Assembly (NCBI RefSeq): GCF_039541115.1
Contig: NZ_BAABFP010000007.1
Location: forward strand, 434,001-498,000
DNA length: 64,000 bases
Direction: 5' to 3'
DNA from: Angustibacter luteus
GTDB taxonomy: Bacteria; Actinomycetota; Actinomycetes; Actinomycetales; Angustibacteraceae
The notes beneath the pieces were generated by a model. The model ran no database searches. It saw nothing but the letters and a program-made list of their open reading frames with translations, and was not told where the DNA came from. The position numbers were made by a program, and so were the translations under genes. Positions 49,692 to 59,335 of this stretch are shown here, one piece after another. How positions within the stretch are numbered: the first letter of the stretch is position 1; each line of letters begins with the position of its first letter.

Positions 49692-50489
49692 GTGATCGAC
49701 GACTTCGAACCACACGAACCCGCGCCTCGGACTGGACGGCGGACCAGCCTGCGCGCAGGTGCGGACCGACTCCTGGTGGACGTCGCAGCCCGGACGGGAG
49801 TGAGCCCGCGGGCCGTGGTCTGCCTGCTGGTGCTCGCGCTCGTCGTGCTCGCCGTCATCGGGTTGCGCACTGGGTTGACCCGGGCGGGCGCCGAGCCCAC
49901 GCCGATCCCGGCGTTGGCCACCAATGCTTCGGCGGCGGCGACGTCCAGCACCGCGCCGAGCTCATCCGTGGGCGCGACTGCACCGGGGACGCCGACCGCA
50001 TCAGGCACCGTGACCGCAGCGCGGCTGGTGGTGCACGTCGTCGGCCAGGTCCGTCGGGCCGGGGTGGTCCGGCTCCCCGTCGGAGCCAGGGTCGAGGACG
50101 CCCTCGAGGCGGCCGGCGGGGCGAGGAACGGTGCGGACCTCGCCGCGGTGAACCTGGCGCGGCCGTTGGTGGACGGCGAGCAGGTGGTCGTGCCGAAGCG
50201 CGGCGAGGCGCTCGCCGCGCCCGCGCCGGCCGGCCCGGCCGGCCCGGCCGGCCCGGCCGGTTCCACCGGAGGGGCGGTCTCCGGGACTGCGCCCGCTACA
50301 CCGGTCGACCTCAACACCGCTACCGTCGAGCAGCTCGACGCGCTGCCAGGAGTGGGGCCGGTGCTGGCGGGGCGGATCCTGGACTGGCGCACCCAGCACG
50401 GCCGGTTCAGCTCCGTCGACGAGCTCGGTGAGGTCAGCGGCATCGGTGAGAAGGTGCTGGAGCGACTGCGCCCGCTGGTCCGGGTGTGA
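49692..50489 (+). CDS. comEA: Competence DNA receptor ComEA
   Basis: TM helix, SLBB (VVHVVGQV...GARV.DA...AGG), HhH (VDLNTAT..QLD.LPGVGP..A, GIG.K). Confidence 0.93.
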   Translation: MIDDFEPHEPAPRTGRRTSLRAGADRLLVDVAARTGVSPRAVVCLLVLALVVLAVIGLRTGLTRAGAEPTPIPALATNASAAATSSTAPSSSVGATAPGTPTASGTVTAARLVVHVVGQVRRAGVVRLPVGARVEDALEAAGGARNGADLAAVNLARPLVDGEQVVVPKRGEALAAPAPAGPAGPAGPAGSTGGAVSGTAPATPVDLNTATVEQLDALPGVGPVLAGRILDWRTQHGRFSSVDELGEVSGIGEKVLERLRPLVRV

Positions 50490-52960
50490 CGGAGACCGCT
50501 GAGCCAGCCGAGCCAACTGATCCCACCGATCCCACTGATCCCACTGAGCCCCCGGACCTGCGGTTGCTCGTCCCGGCCCTCGTGGCGTGGTGCGCCGCCG
50601 CCGGTTCGCTCGGCGCTCCGTCCATCGGGCGCGGCGCGGCGGCGGTGGTCCTGGTGCTGGCGTCGGGCTGGACGGCCAGGGCGGCCCGCCGCCGGCTGGA
50701 GCGAGGCGGACGGCACGCCAGGCTGCGCGCCGGGCCGGGCCTGGCCGCGGCCGCGCTGGCGTCGCTGGCCGCCGGACTGGTTCTCGCGTCGTCCGGTCTG
50801 CAGGCGTGGGCGCGCGACTCGGGGGGTGTGCGGGCCCTCGCGCAGGACGGCGCGACGGTGGTGGTCGAGGGCGTGGTGGCCAGCGACCCGCGGACGCTGC
50901 CAGCCCGCGGCCACCAGCCCCCGATGGTGATGCTCCGGGTCTCCGCGCGGTCGCTGGCCGGCCGTGGCGCGGGCCGGAGCGTCCGGGCCCGCGTGTTGGT
51001 CTTCGCCGACCAGCGGTGGTCCGGGCTGCGCTGGGGCCAGCAGGTGCGGCTACGGGGCCGGCTCGGGCCGTCACCGACCGCCGACGACGTGGTCGCCACG
51101 CTCACGGCGCGGGGTCCGCCCGAGGTCACCCGGGCCGCCTCGAGCCTGGACCGGCGGGTCGAGGCGGTTCGCGCCGGGCTGCGCCGCGCAGTGGAGCCAC
51201 TGCCCGTCGACGCTCGTGGGCTGCTGCCCGGCCTGGTGGACGGCGACACGTCCCAACAGCCCGAGGACCTCGCCGAGGCCATGCGCACGACGGGACTGAC
51301 GCACCTGTCGGCAGTGTCGGGGACGAACGTCTCCATCGTCTGCGCGATGGCCCTCGCGCTGGCCCGTGGGATCGGCCTCGGCCGCCGTACCCGGCTCGTG
51401 GCGGCTGGCGTCCTGCTGGCCGGCTTCGTCCTGCTGGCCCGTCCTGAGCCGTCGGTGCTGCGGGCGGCCGTGATGGGGGCGATCGGGCTGCTCGCCGTCG
51501 GGACGTCTCGGCGGCGCGCCGCCCTGCCGGCGCTCTCCACGGCCGTCGTCGTCCTGCTCGTGCTCGACCCCTGGCTCGCCCGGTCGTTCGGCTTCGCCCT
51601 GTCAGTCCTGGCCACGCTCGGCCTGCTGCTGTTCGCCACCCGCTGGGGCCGGGCGTGGTCGAGGCGGCTGCCCGGCCCACTGGCCCGACCGCTCGCCACG
51701 GCGCTCGCCGTCCCCGTCGCCGCCCAGGTGACCTGCACGCCGCTGATCGTGCTGCTGTCCGGCCGGGTCAGCCTGGTGGCCGTGCCGGCGAACCTGCTCG
51801 CGGAGCCGTGTGTGGCCCCGGCCACGGTGATCGGGGTCGCCGCCGCCGTGGTCTCGCCCGTGTCACCCTGGGTCGCCGCCCTGCTGGCCCGGGTCGGCGG
51901 ACTGCCGTGCCAGGCCATCGGCTGGATCGCGAGGTCGCTGGCCGAGGTGCCCGGTGGCCAGCTGCCGTGGCCCGATGCGGCGCCAGCCGCGGTGCTGCTC
52001 GCGGTGCTGCTCGGCGCCGCGGTCTTCCTGGGGCCGGTGCTGGCCCGACGGCGTCGGTCGCTGCTGGTCGCGGCCGCGACGGTCACCGTGGGTGTGCTGC
52101 TCGCCGTGGTCCGACCCAGCCTGCCGCCGCGGCCCGGGGCCGGGGTCTGGCCGCCGCCGGGCTGGGTGCTGGTCGCGTGCGACGTCGGCCAGGGGGATGC
52201 CCTGGTCCTGGCCACGGGCCCGGGCCGCGGGGTCCTGGTCGACGCCGGGCCCGACCCGGACGCCGTCGACGACTGCCTGCGTGACCTCGCGATCCGGCAG
52301 CTCGACACGGTGGTGCTCACCCACTTCCACGCCGACCACGTCGACGGGCTAGCCGGTGCGATACGGGGCCGGCGGGTGGGTCAGGTCGTCGTCACCATCG
52401 TGGACGACCCGCCGGAGCAGGCTCGGCGGGTCCGGGCGCTCGCCGGGCGGGCCGGGATCGACGTCCGGACCGTCGTGGACGGCGAGACCGGGCGAGACGG
52501 GCCACTGTCCTGGCAGGTGCTGTGGCCCGGACGCGTCGTGCACGACGGCTCCGTGCCGAACAACGCCAGCATCGTGCTGCGCGCCAGTGCCGGTGGGCTG
52601 AGCCTGCTGCTCCTGGGGGACGTCGAGCCCGCTGCGGCGCGCGCGGTCGCGGTCCGGGCCCGCCAGGCCCCCGGCGGTCCGCAGGTCGACGTGCTCAAGG
52701 TCGCCCACCACGGCAGCGCGCAGCAGGATGCCGGGCTGATCGCCGACGCCCGTCCGCGGCTGGCGCTGGTCAGCGTGGGAGAGGGCAACGACTACGGACA
52801 CCCCGCGCCGTCCCTGCTCCGCCTGCTCGCGGAGCAGGGGACGGTGCTGGCCCGCACGGACCGGCAGGGCGACCTCGCCGTGGTGGTCCGCGACGGCGGG
52901 CTCGCGCTGTCGACCTCGGGCCCGCACCGGCACGAGCCCCGCGGACGGGTCAGCCGGTGA
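50486..52960 (+). CDS. comEC: Competence channel ComEC/Rec2
   Basis: GLTHL.AVSG.N, PSVLRAA.M, GF.LS; metallo-beta-lactamase DVGQGD, THFHADH, NN.S, K.AHHGS. Confidence 0.93.
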   Translation: MTETAEPAEPTDPTDPTDPTEPPDLRLLVPALVAWCAAAGSLGAPSIGRGAAAVVLVLASGWTARAARRRLERGGRHARLRAGPGLAAAALASLAAGLVLASSGLQAWARDSGGVRALAQDGATVVVEGVVASDPRTLPARGHQPPMVMLRVSARSLAGRGAGRSVRARVLVFADQRWSGLRWGQQVRLRGRLGPSPTADDVVATLTARGPPEVTRAASSLDRRVEAVRAGLRRAVEPLPVDARGLLPGLVDGDTSQQPEDLAEAMRTTGLTHLSAVSGTNVSIVCAMALALARGIGLGRRTRLVAAGVLLAGFVLLARPEPSVLRAAVMGAIGLLAVGTSRRRAALPALSTAVVVLLVLDPWLARSFGFALSVLATLGLLLFATRWGRAWSRRLPGPLARPLATALAVPVAAQVTCTPLIVLLSGRVSLVAVPANLLAEPCVAPATVIGVAAAVVSPVSPWVAALLARVGGLPCQAIGWIARSLAEVPGGQLPWPDAAPAAVLLAVLLGAAVFLGPVLARRRRSLLVAAATVTVGVLLAVVRPSLPPRPGAGVWPPPGWVLVACDVGQGDALVLATGPGRGVLVDAGPDPDAVDDCLRDLAIRQLDTVVLTHFHADHVDGLAGAIRGRRVGQVVVTIVDDPPEQARRVRALAGRAGIDVRTVVDGETGRDGPLSWQVLWPGRVVHDGSVPNNASIVLRASAGGLSLLLLGDVEPAAARAVAVRARQAPGGPQVDVLKVAHHGSAQQDAGLIADARPRLALVSVGEGNDYGHPAPSLLRLLAEQGTVLARTDRQGDLAVVVRDGGLALSTSGPHRHEPRGRVSR

Positions 52961-53441
52961 CCTCGTGCAACGTCCCGTCGGCCACGTCGAAGACGAACCC
53001 GCGCACCTGGTCGGTGTGCGGCACGAACGGGCTGGTCCGGATGGCGGCAATGCCCTCCCGGACGTCGGTGTCCAGGTCGGTGAACGACCGCGCCGCCCAC
53101 TCGGGCTCGGACCCGGTGTCGTCCCGCAGGATGCCGGCGAACTGCTCGTCGGTGAACGTGAGCATCCCGCAGTCGGTGTGGTGCACCAGCACGATCTCGG
53201 TGGTGCCGAGCAGCCGCTGGCTGATCGCGAGCGAGCGGATCGCGTCGTCGGACACGACGCCTCCTGCGTTGCGGATCACGTGCGCCTCACCCTCGGCGAT
53301 CCCCAGCACCCGGGAGACGTCCAGCCGGGCGTCCATGCAGGCCAGGACGGCGATGTGCTTGGACGGCGGGAGCGGCAGCGGACCGCTGAACCCCTCGGCG
53401 TACCCCTTGTTGTTCTCCAGGTACTCGTCGGTGACGGACAT
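52950..53441 (-). CDS. Beta-class carbonic anhydrase (clade D-like)
   Basis: CMDARL, RNAGG, HHTDCG zinc ligands; SD GAGGAG. Confidence 0.92.
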   Translation of the reverse strand: MSVTDEYLENNKGYAEGFSGPLPLPPSKHIAVLACMDARLDVSRVLGIAEGEAHVIRNAGGVVSDDAIRSLAISQRLLGTTEIVLVHHTDCGMLTFTDEQFAGILRDDTGSEPEWAARSFTDLDTDVREGIAAIRTSPFVPHTDQVRGFVFDVADGTLHEVTG

Positions 53442-53568
53442 GCGATCTCCTCAGGCTCGGTCGGATCCGGGTGCCCACCCCAGTGCCAGCCTCAGCCCGC
53501 TGCCGCTCGCAGGCAAGGGCCTGGGCCGCCGTCCCAGGATGTGGGAGGTGAGCGATACGGTCGCCATC

Positions 53569-54636
53569 ATGACGCCGCCCGCCCGACGAGCCGCCGGACC
53601 CAGCACGGGTCAGCCCGACGTCGACCCCGCCGGCCCGCTGCACCTGGTGACCGGCCCGGAGGACCTGCTCGCCGAGCGGGCCGTGGATCGTGTCGTCGCA
53701 GCCGCTCGGGCCGGCGACCCGTCGGTGCAGGTCGTCCAGGTCGAGCCCGCCGGCTACGTGTCCGGCGACCTCGCGGCGCACGCCAGCCCGTCGTTGTTCG
53801 GCGAGGGCACCGTCCTGGTGCTGCGCGCCCTCGAGGACGCGCCGGACGAGCTGCTGGAGGATGCCAAGGCGCTCGTCCTGGCACCCGAGCCGGACGTCGT
53901 GCTGGTGCTGCGTCATCGCAGCGGTCAGCGCGGCAAGGGTCTGCTCGACGCGGCCAAGAAGGCCGGGGCCGGCGTCCACGACTGTCCCAAGATCACCTCG
54001 GACGCCGACAAGACCACCTTCGTCCAGGGCGAGTTCCGCCGGGCCGGCCGCCGGATCGCCCCCGAGGCCGTCGTCGCCCTCGTCGAGGCCCTCGGGCAGG
54101 ACGTGCGAGAGCTGGCCTCGGGCTGCACGCAGCTGATGGCCGACACCATGCCCCCGGACGGCGCGCCGCAGGACGCCGAGACGGTCGAGCTCGACGTGGT
54201 GGAGCGCTACTACGGCGACCGGGTCGAGGCCACCGGCTTCAAGGTGGCGGACGCGGCCATCGCCGGTCAGACCGACCAGGCCCTCGGCCTACTGCGGCAC
54301 GCCCTGTCCTCCGGCGTCGACCCGGTGCCGATCGTCGCCGTCCTCGCCCTCGGCCTACGGTCGCTGGCGAAGGTCTCCAGCTCCAGCGTCGGGGGGATGC
54401 GGTCCGCGGACGTCGCCCGCGACCTCGGCATGGCGCCGTGGCAGGTGGACAAGGCCCGCCGACAGCTGCGGGCCTGGACGCCGTCCGGGCTGTCCGACGC
54501 CATCCAGGCGGTGGCCGCGGCCGACCTCGCGGTCAAGGGTGGCCTGCCGATCAAGGGACGCCGGGCAGGCGACCCGGTGTACGCCGTCGAGAAGGCCGTG
54601 CTCGAGATCGGTGCCGCTCGCCGTCGCACGGCCTGA
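53569..54636 (+). CDS. holA: DNA polymerase III subunit delta
   Basis: LVTGPEDLLAERA, SPSLFGE, GM.PWQVDKARRQ, D.AVKG; position between comEC and rpsT. TACGGT-N7-ATG start. Confidence 0.92.
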   Translation: MTPPARRAAGPSTGQPDVDPAGPLHLVTGPEDLLAERAVDRVVAAARAGDPSVQVVQVEPAGYVSGDLAAHASPSLFGEGTVLVLRALEDAPDELLEDAKALVLAPEPDVVLVLRHRSGQRGKGLLDAAKKAGAGVHDCPKITSDADKTTFVQGEFRRAGRRIAPEAVVALVEALGQDVRELASGCTQLMADTMPPDGAPQDAETVELDVVERYYGDRVEATGFKVADAAIAGQTDQALGLLRHALSSGVDPVPIVAVLALGLRSLAKVSSSSVGGMRSADVARDLGMAPWQVDKARRQLRAWTPSGLSDAIQAVAAADLAVKGGLPIKGRRAGDPVYAVEKAVLEIGAARRRTA

Positions 54637-54649
54637 TCCCCAGCAAAAT

Positions 54650-54691
54650 CGAGAGGCGCCGAGCCCCTGGTCAGGGATCCGGCGCCTCTCG
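54650..54691. terminator. Terminator between convergent holA and rpsT
   Basis: CGAGAGGCGCCG...CGGCGCCTCTCG; ATTTT follows on the minus strand. Confidence 0.75.
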
Positions 54692-54711
54692 GGACGTGCG
54701 GTGGGGCTACC

Positions 54712-54972
54712 TCAGAGCGCGGCGGCCTTCGTGGCCAGCGCGGACTTCTTGTTCGCAGCCTGGTTCTTGTGGATGACGCCCTTGCTCACGGCCTTGTCGA
54801 GCTTGCGGGACGCCACGGCCACGGCCTCCTGGGCCTTGGCGGCGTCGCCGGCCTCGATGGCCGCCTTCGCGTTGCGGATGTGCGTGCGCAGCTCACTCTT
54901 GACCGCCTTGTTGCGCTCGGTGCGCTTGAGGTTGGTCAGGTTGCGCTTGATCTGGGACTTGATGTTCGCCAC
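54712..54972 (-). CDS. rpsT: 30S ribosomal protein S20
   Basis: [11 protein letters not shown]...[20 protein letters not shown]. Confidence 0.99.
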   Translation of the reverse strand: MANIKSQIKRNLTNLKRTERNKAVKSELRTHIRNAKAAIEAGDAAKAQEAVAVASRKLDKAVSKGVIHKNQAANKKSALATKAAAL

Positions 54973-55106
54973 GGATGAACTCTCTCGGTTCGCTCGTCAG
55001 ATAGGTCGGTTAGAGGGCGTCGAGCCGCTCCGGGACCGAGGTGGTGGGGACACCTGTGGCGGAGCTGCTCCGTGCACGCACGACCTGGGTGTGCACGCGA
55101 GGATCA

Positions 55107-55135
55107 AGGTTACCAGCGCAGGCGCCACCGACCAA
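55107..55135 (-). promoter_or_regulatory. Housekeeping promoter of rpsT
   Basis: Minus strand TTGGTC-N17-TAACCT with an extended TG. Confidence 0.65.
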
Positions 55136-55142
55136 AAGACGG

Positions 55143-55607
55143 CTAACGCCACCCCCGCCGCGCCCGCAGGGCCGCGGCGACGTCGTCGAACCGCGGCCGG
55201 TCGAGCTGCGCCCCGATCCGTCGTACGGCGGTCGGGTCGATCTGCAGCACCCGGTCGACCCGCACCTCGCTCGGCCGCCGCCGCGGGTCCCAGGCGCCGG
55301 ACCCGATGTCCACCCAGACCCGGCCGTGCCGGGCCTCGCGCGCCGCGTCCCGGTCGTGGTCCTTGCTGGTCAGCATCAGCGCCAGCAGCCGCCCGCGCTG
55401 CCGCCCCACGACGAGCACCGGCCGGTCCTTGCCCTGGGAGTGGTCCTCCTCGAACGGCACCCACGTCCAGACGACCTCGCCCGGGTCGGCGACACCGTCC
55501 GGGTGCGGCGCGTACTGCGTGCTCGACGTCCCCGTGAAGTCACCGGGGTAACCCGCGGTGCGGCGCAGGGGTCGCCTGATCCGGGCCAGGAGGTCGCGCA
55601 GCGGCAT
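55143..55607 (-). CDS. PemK/MazF-fold protein (conserved actinobacterial, Rv2405-like)
   Basis: YAP..DG.ADPGEVVWTWVPFEED...GKDRPVLVVG, IG.G.WD...RPSEVR.DR. Confidence 0.85.
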   Translation of the reverse strand: MPLRDLLARIRRPLRRTAGYPGDFTGTSSTQYAPHPDGVADPGEVVWTWVPFEEDHSQGKDRPVLVVGRQRGRLLALMLTSKDHDRDAAREARHGRVWVDIGSGAWDPRRRPSEVRVDRVLQIDPTAVRRIGAQLDRPRFDDVAAALRARRGWR

Positions 55608-55616
55608 CCGCGAAGA

Positions 55617-55853
55617 CTAGTCGCGCCGCCGCCGCGCCCGGGCCTGGTGCCGCTGCGACGGCTCGGCCACGAGCCGCTCGGGCACCAGCCGCTCGGCCGG
55701 CATCACGAAACCGTGCTTGTTCAGGCAGGTCACGCGCACGTGCTCCACCAGGCCCTCGGTGCTGGCCAGGGTGAAGCGCGCGAGCACCTCGGCGAGCGCG
55801 TCGCACTCCGGGCACTGGGTCAGCTCCAACGAGTGGTCGTCGCGTCCGGACAT
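55617..55853 (-). CDS. Small putative zinc-ribbon protein
   Basis: CPEC...C-L-N-K-H; SD GGGAGG. Confidence 0.75.
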   Translation of the reverse strand: MSGRDDHSLELTQCPECDALAEVLARFTLASTEGLVEHVRVTCLNKHGFVMPAERLVPERLVAEPSQRHQARARRRRD

Positions 55854-55967
55854 CGCCGCTGGCCTCCCTTCGCGACCCGCTGACGCCGACGACGTCCACC
55901 CACGAGATCGCTCGGTAACCAGAGCAGGATCCGGCCCGGCCGATACATGCCGCCAGCCGGCCGCTGG

Positions 55968-58688
55968 TCAGCGGGTCAGCAGGCCGAGCTCGTGCGCCCG
56001 GTGCACGGCGGCCCGACGGCTGACCACGTCGAGCTTGCGGTAGATGCGCTTGAGGTGCGCCTTCACGGTGTTGACCGAGACGTACAGCTCGGCTGCGATC
56101 TCGGTGTTGGTCATCATCGTCGGCAGGAACTGCAGCACGCTGAGCTCCCGCTCGGTCAACGGGTCGCTGAGCTCGGTTGCGGCTGCGGCAACCGGGTCGT
56201 GGGGCACCAGATCGGCCAGCAGCTCGGTGGCGAACTCGCTCTGCCGGGGCTGCAGGCGCGTCAGGCTGGTCAGCAGGCGCGGCAGGTGCTCGGGGTCCAG
56301 GACGACGAAGGGGCGGCGGACCCCCTCGGGCTCGGCGGCCTCGACGGCCCGCCGCAGGGCGTCGAGCGCCCGGTTGTCCTCGCGCAGGCGGTCGGCCGTC
56401 AGGGCGCTGAGCAGCCAGACCTCGACCTCCGAGCCGCCCGAGCCGCCTGGGGCGCCGTCGCGCATCGGCGCCAGCACCTGCTCCGCGCGGTCGGGCCGGC
56501 CCAGCGCGAGGTGAGCCTGGGCGACGTGCACCTGCCCACCCCCCGGGGAGCCGTCGACGCTCACCGCCGGCCCGATCCGACGAAGCGCCGATGTGGGGTC
56601 GCCCGCCGCGAGGTCGAGCTCCGCCTCGGCCAGGGCCAGCCACCGCAGCAGGAAGGTCGGCGAGCCGGTGCCGGTGACGGCCTCGCGCACGTCGGCCAGC
56701 TGGTCACGAGCGGCGGCCAGGCGGCCGAGGGCGGTGTCGATCCGGGCCTGGGCCAGCCCGAACGCGGCCCGCGGGGACCGGTCGAGCGCTGCCGCCCGCC
56801 GACCCTGGGCCAGCAGCGCCTGGGCCTCGTCCAGGTTGTTCCAGCGCAGGTTGACCAGGGACAGCGACAGGTACGCGGTGGCGGCCTGGGTCAACGGCGC
56901 CCAGCCCCGCGCGTCGACGATCTCGACCGCCTCGGTGGCGTGCGCGTACGCCACCCGGAGGCGGCCGGTGGCGACCTCCGCGAGTGACAGGTGCGCGAGC
57001 ATGTTGATCCGCGCGGCTTCCAGCGCCGAGCCGTCCGCCTCGGTGAGGCCCTCCCGCAGCCGCTGCTCGGCCGCGTCCAGGCGCCCCGACCAGAGCAGGC
57101 CCGTGCCGAGGTTGCCGAGCGCCGTGGCGCGGTATCCCCGAGCCGCCGGCAGGGCCATGGCCGGGCCGGCCAGCAGTCCGAGGGCCTCCTCCGTGGCAGT
57201 GACCAGCGCCGGGTTGTCGCCGCGGGAGCGGGCGACCGCGGTCGAGAGCAGCAGCAGCCCCACCTCGGTCCCCGGTCGAGAGTCGGCCGGGGTCTCCTCC
57301 AGCCGAGCCTGGGCGAGGTCGAGGTACGGCTGGATCGCCTCGAAACGGCCGGCGTGCATGAGGCGCGCGGCGGCGCAGAGCGCCAACGGGGAGCTCTGCG
57401 TCAGATGCTGGGCGGGGATGCCGGCGATCACGTGGTCCAGTGCGGCGCGATCCACCGACACCAGCAGCGGCAGGGCGTCGTTGACGAACAGGTTGCCGAC
57501 CAGCGGCCAGTCCTGTGCCCGGATGGCGTGGCGCAGCGCCTCCAGCGGGTCGCCGTTCCCGGCGAACCAGAGGGCGGCCCGCCGGTGCAGCTCACGCACC
57601 AGCTCGGGCTCGTCCACGACCAGCCGGTGCTGGAGCATCTCGCGCATCAGGGCGTGGTAGCGGTACCACTCCCGTCCCGGCCCCAGACCGACGACGAAGG
57701 CGTTGGTGCTCTCGAGCCGCTCCAGGAACTGCTGGCTGCGCGGCTCCTCGGTCAGCGCCTCGGCCAGACCGCTGCTGACCTGGTCGCTGATGCAGGTGAG
57801 GAGCAGGAACCGCTGCAGGTCCGGCGGGTGGCTGGCGATCACCTCCTCTGCGAGGTAGTCGACGACCGCCTGGTCGTCGCCCGCGAAGTCGGCCGGGGTC
57901 CGCTGCGGCCCCGTGCGCCCCAGGAAGAGCGCGGCCAGCCGCAGCCCGGCCGGCCAGCCCTCCGTTCGCTGCACGAGCAGGTCGGCCCCGGCGACGTCGA
58001 CGGTGATCCCGTCCGCGGCCAGCAGCGCCTCCGCCTCGCTGACCGTGAACGCCAGGTCGCGCGGACGGATCTCCACCAGCTCGTGCGTCACCCTGAGCCG
58101 GTGCATCGGGAGCACGGGGTCGGCCCGGGTCAGCAGCACCAGGCGCAGCTGAGGAGGCGGGTGACGCAGCAGCGTGGTCACCCCGTCGAGCACGCCGGGG
58201 TTCTGGATCACCTGGAAGTCGTCCAGCACGAGGACGACGGGCACGGGCAGCTGGGCCAGACCGGCCGTCAGCCGGTTGAGGTCGGCGACCTCGCCACCGA
58301 GCCCGGGCACGAGCTGGGCCAACGGGTTGCCGGCGGGCGGCGTAACCGCGCCGCGCAGCGCGGCCACGGCGTACGACCAGAACGTGCGGGGCTCGTTGTC
58401 CATGACGTCCAGTGACAGCCACGCCACCGAGCCGACGGGCCGGCCGGCGGCCGCCCAGCCGGCGGTCGTCAGCGTCTTGCCCCAGCCCGCACCGGCACTG
58501 ACCACGGTCAGCGGACCACGGGTGCCGGCGTCCAGCAACGCACTGACCTGCGGGCGGGGCACGAAGGAGGGCGGGACGCGCGGAAGGGCGAGCTTGCTCG
58601 CCAGCAGGCCGAGGTCGGCCGCCTCCGGGGGGCGGAAGAACGCGGGCGGAGCGCCGGATATCGTCGGCTGGTCGACCTGTTGCCCCAC
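55968..58688 (-). CDS. MalT-like ATP-binding LuxR family transcriptional regulator
   Basis: SKL..P, Walker A AGAGWGKT, VLVLDDF, TEGWPAGLRLAAL, WYRYH.L, C-terminal HTH LTERE..VL...TN.EIA.EL.VS.NTVK.H. Start 58688 or 58739. Confidence 0.93.
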   Translation of the reverse strand: MGQQVDQPTISGAPPAFFRPPEAADLGLLASKLALPRVPPSFVPRPQVSALLDAGTRGPLTVVSAGAGWGKTLTTAGWAAAGRPVGSVAWLSLDVMDNEPRTFWSYAVAALRGAVTPPAGNPLAQLVPGLGGEVADLNRLTAGLAQLPVPVVLVLDDFQVIQNPGVLDGVTTLLRHPPPQLRLVLLTRADPVLPMHRLRVTHELVEIRPRDLAFTVSEAEALLAADGITVDVAGADLLVQRTEGWPAGLRLAALFLGRTGPQRTPADFAGDDQAVVDYLAEEVIASHPPDLQRFLLLTCISDQVSSGLAEALTEEPRSQQFLERLESTNAFVVGLGPGREWYRYHALMREMLQHRLVVDEPELVRELHRRAALWFAGNGDPLEALRHAIRAQDWPLVGNLFVNDALPLLVSVDRAALDHVIAGIPAQHLTQSSPLALCAAARLMHAGRFEAIQPYLDLAQARLEETPADSRPGTEVGLLLLSTAVARSRGDNPALVTATEEALGLLAGPAMALPAARGYRATALGNLGTGLLWSGRLDAAEQRLREGLTEADGSALEAARINMLAHLSLAEVATGRLRVAYAHATEAVEIVDARGWAPLTQAATAYLSLSLVNLRWNNLDEAQALLAQGRRAAALDRSPRAAFGLAQARIDTALGRLAAARDQLADVREAVTGTGSPTFLLRWLALAEAELDLAAGDPTSALRRIGPAVSVDGSPGGGQVHVAQAHLALGRPDRAEQVLAPMRDGAPGGSGGSEVEVWLLSALTADRLREDNRALDALRRAVEAAEPEGVRRPFVVLDPEHLPRLLTSLTRLQPRQSEFATELLADLVPHDPVAAAATELSDPLTERELSVLQFLPTMMTNTEIAAELYVSVNTVKAHLKRIYRKLDVVSRRAAVHRAHELGLLTR

Positions 58689-58861
58689 GCTTGCTCCCGG
58701 TCTGGGTCGGGCCCCCGCAGACCACCCGCCGCGGCGCACCTAGCGTTCACCGTACTGCTGGGCAGCACCGGCCCGCTGCCGTCCTCCCGAGTACCCCCTT
58801 CGGGTGAAGCGCCACGACGCGGAACGGTCACCATGGAGGTAGCCCGCTGGAGGAGGAGCTC

Positions 58862-59083
58862 GTGTTGGCTCAGCCGTTCGAGGTCCACGTCCGCGGACAG
58901 CTGCCGCCGGAGCTGCTCGAGGAGCTGGACTTCCTCTCCGCCGACGTCGTGCCGGCCCAGACCGTGCTCACCGGAGTCGTCCCCGACCAGGCGGCGCTCT
59001 TCGGGCTGCTCACCCGGCTGCAGGGGCTGGGGCTCGAGCTGGTCGAGGTGCGGCGCCTGCCGGCCTCACCGGCGCAGCCGTGA
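58862..59083 (+). CDS. Small hypothetical protein (DQAAL motif)
   Basis: SD GGAGGAG; FEVHVRG...TVLTG..PDQAALFGLL..LQ.LGLEL.EV. Confidence 0.8.
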   Translation: MLAQPFEVHVRGQLPPELLEELDFLSADVVPAQTVLTGVVPDQAALFGLLTRLQGLGLELVEVRRLPASPAQP

Positions 59084-59280
59084 CCGGAGAGCTGCGCGTC
59101 GAGGTCACGGTGCGGGGCCGGGTGGACCTGCTGCTCGGGCAGGTCCTGCCGACCCTCGACGTGACCGTGGTCCCGCGCCACAATGTGCTCACCGTGGCGT
59201 CTGGTGACGTCGGTGAGCTGAAGGCGCTCCTGGAGACGCTGGCGCGACGAGGGATCGAGGTCGACCGGGTCACCCGGTAG
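59080..59280 (+). CDS. Small hypothetical protein, paralog of the preceding gene
   Basis: GTGA overlap; VEVTVRG...VVP..NVLT....D...L..LL..L...G.E. Confidence 0.7.
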   Translation: MTGELRVEVTVRGRVDLLLGQVLPTLDVTVVPRHNVLTVASGDVGELKALLETLARRGIEVDRVTR

Positions 59281-59335
59281 CTGCCGTGGCCCTCCGGGCC
59301 GGTCCGAGCCGTGCGCCACCGGGCCGGAGGGGAGC

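Noticed and set aside
52522..53568. N-terminal half of the 704-aa ORF suggesting a holA fusion
   Set aside because: It overlaps comEC and the antisense carbonic anhydrase; holA fits a start at ATG 53569 with a -10 element.
55103..55131. ATCAAG on the + strand as a sigma-28 -35
   Set aside because: No GCCGA at the right spacing; the sequence is the reverse complement of the rpsT promoter.
55143..55853. Type II toxin-antitoxin pair (PemK-like plus upstream 78-aa ORF)
   Set aside because: The PemK-fold gene is a conserved orphan near rpsT in actinobacteria and has its own leaderless promoter. The upstream ORF is zinc-ribbon-like, not AbrB or RHH-like.
55968..58739. STAND ATPase as an anti-phage (Avs-like) defence protein
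   Set aside because: The C-terminal LuxR HTH and MalT motifs indicate a transcription factor; no effector domain is visible.
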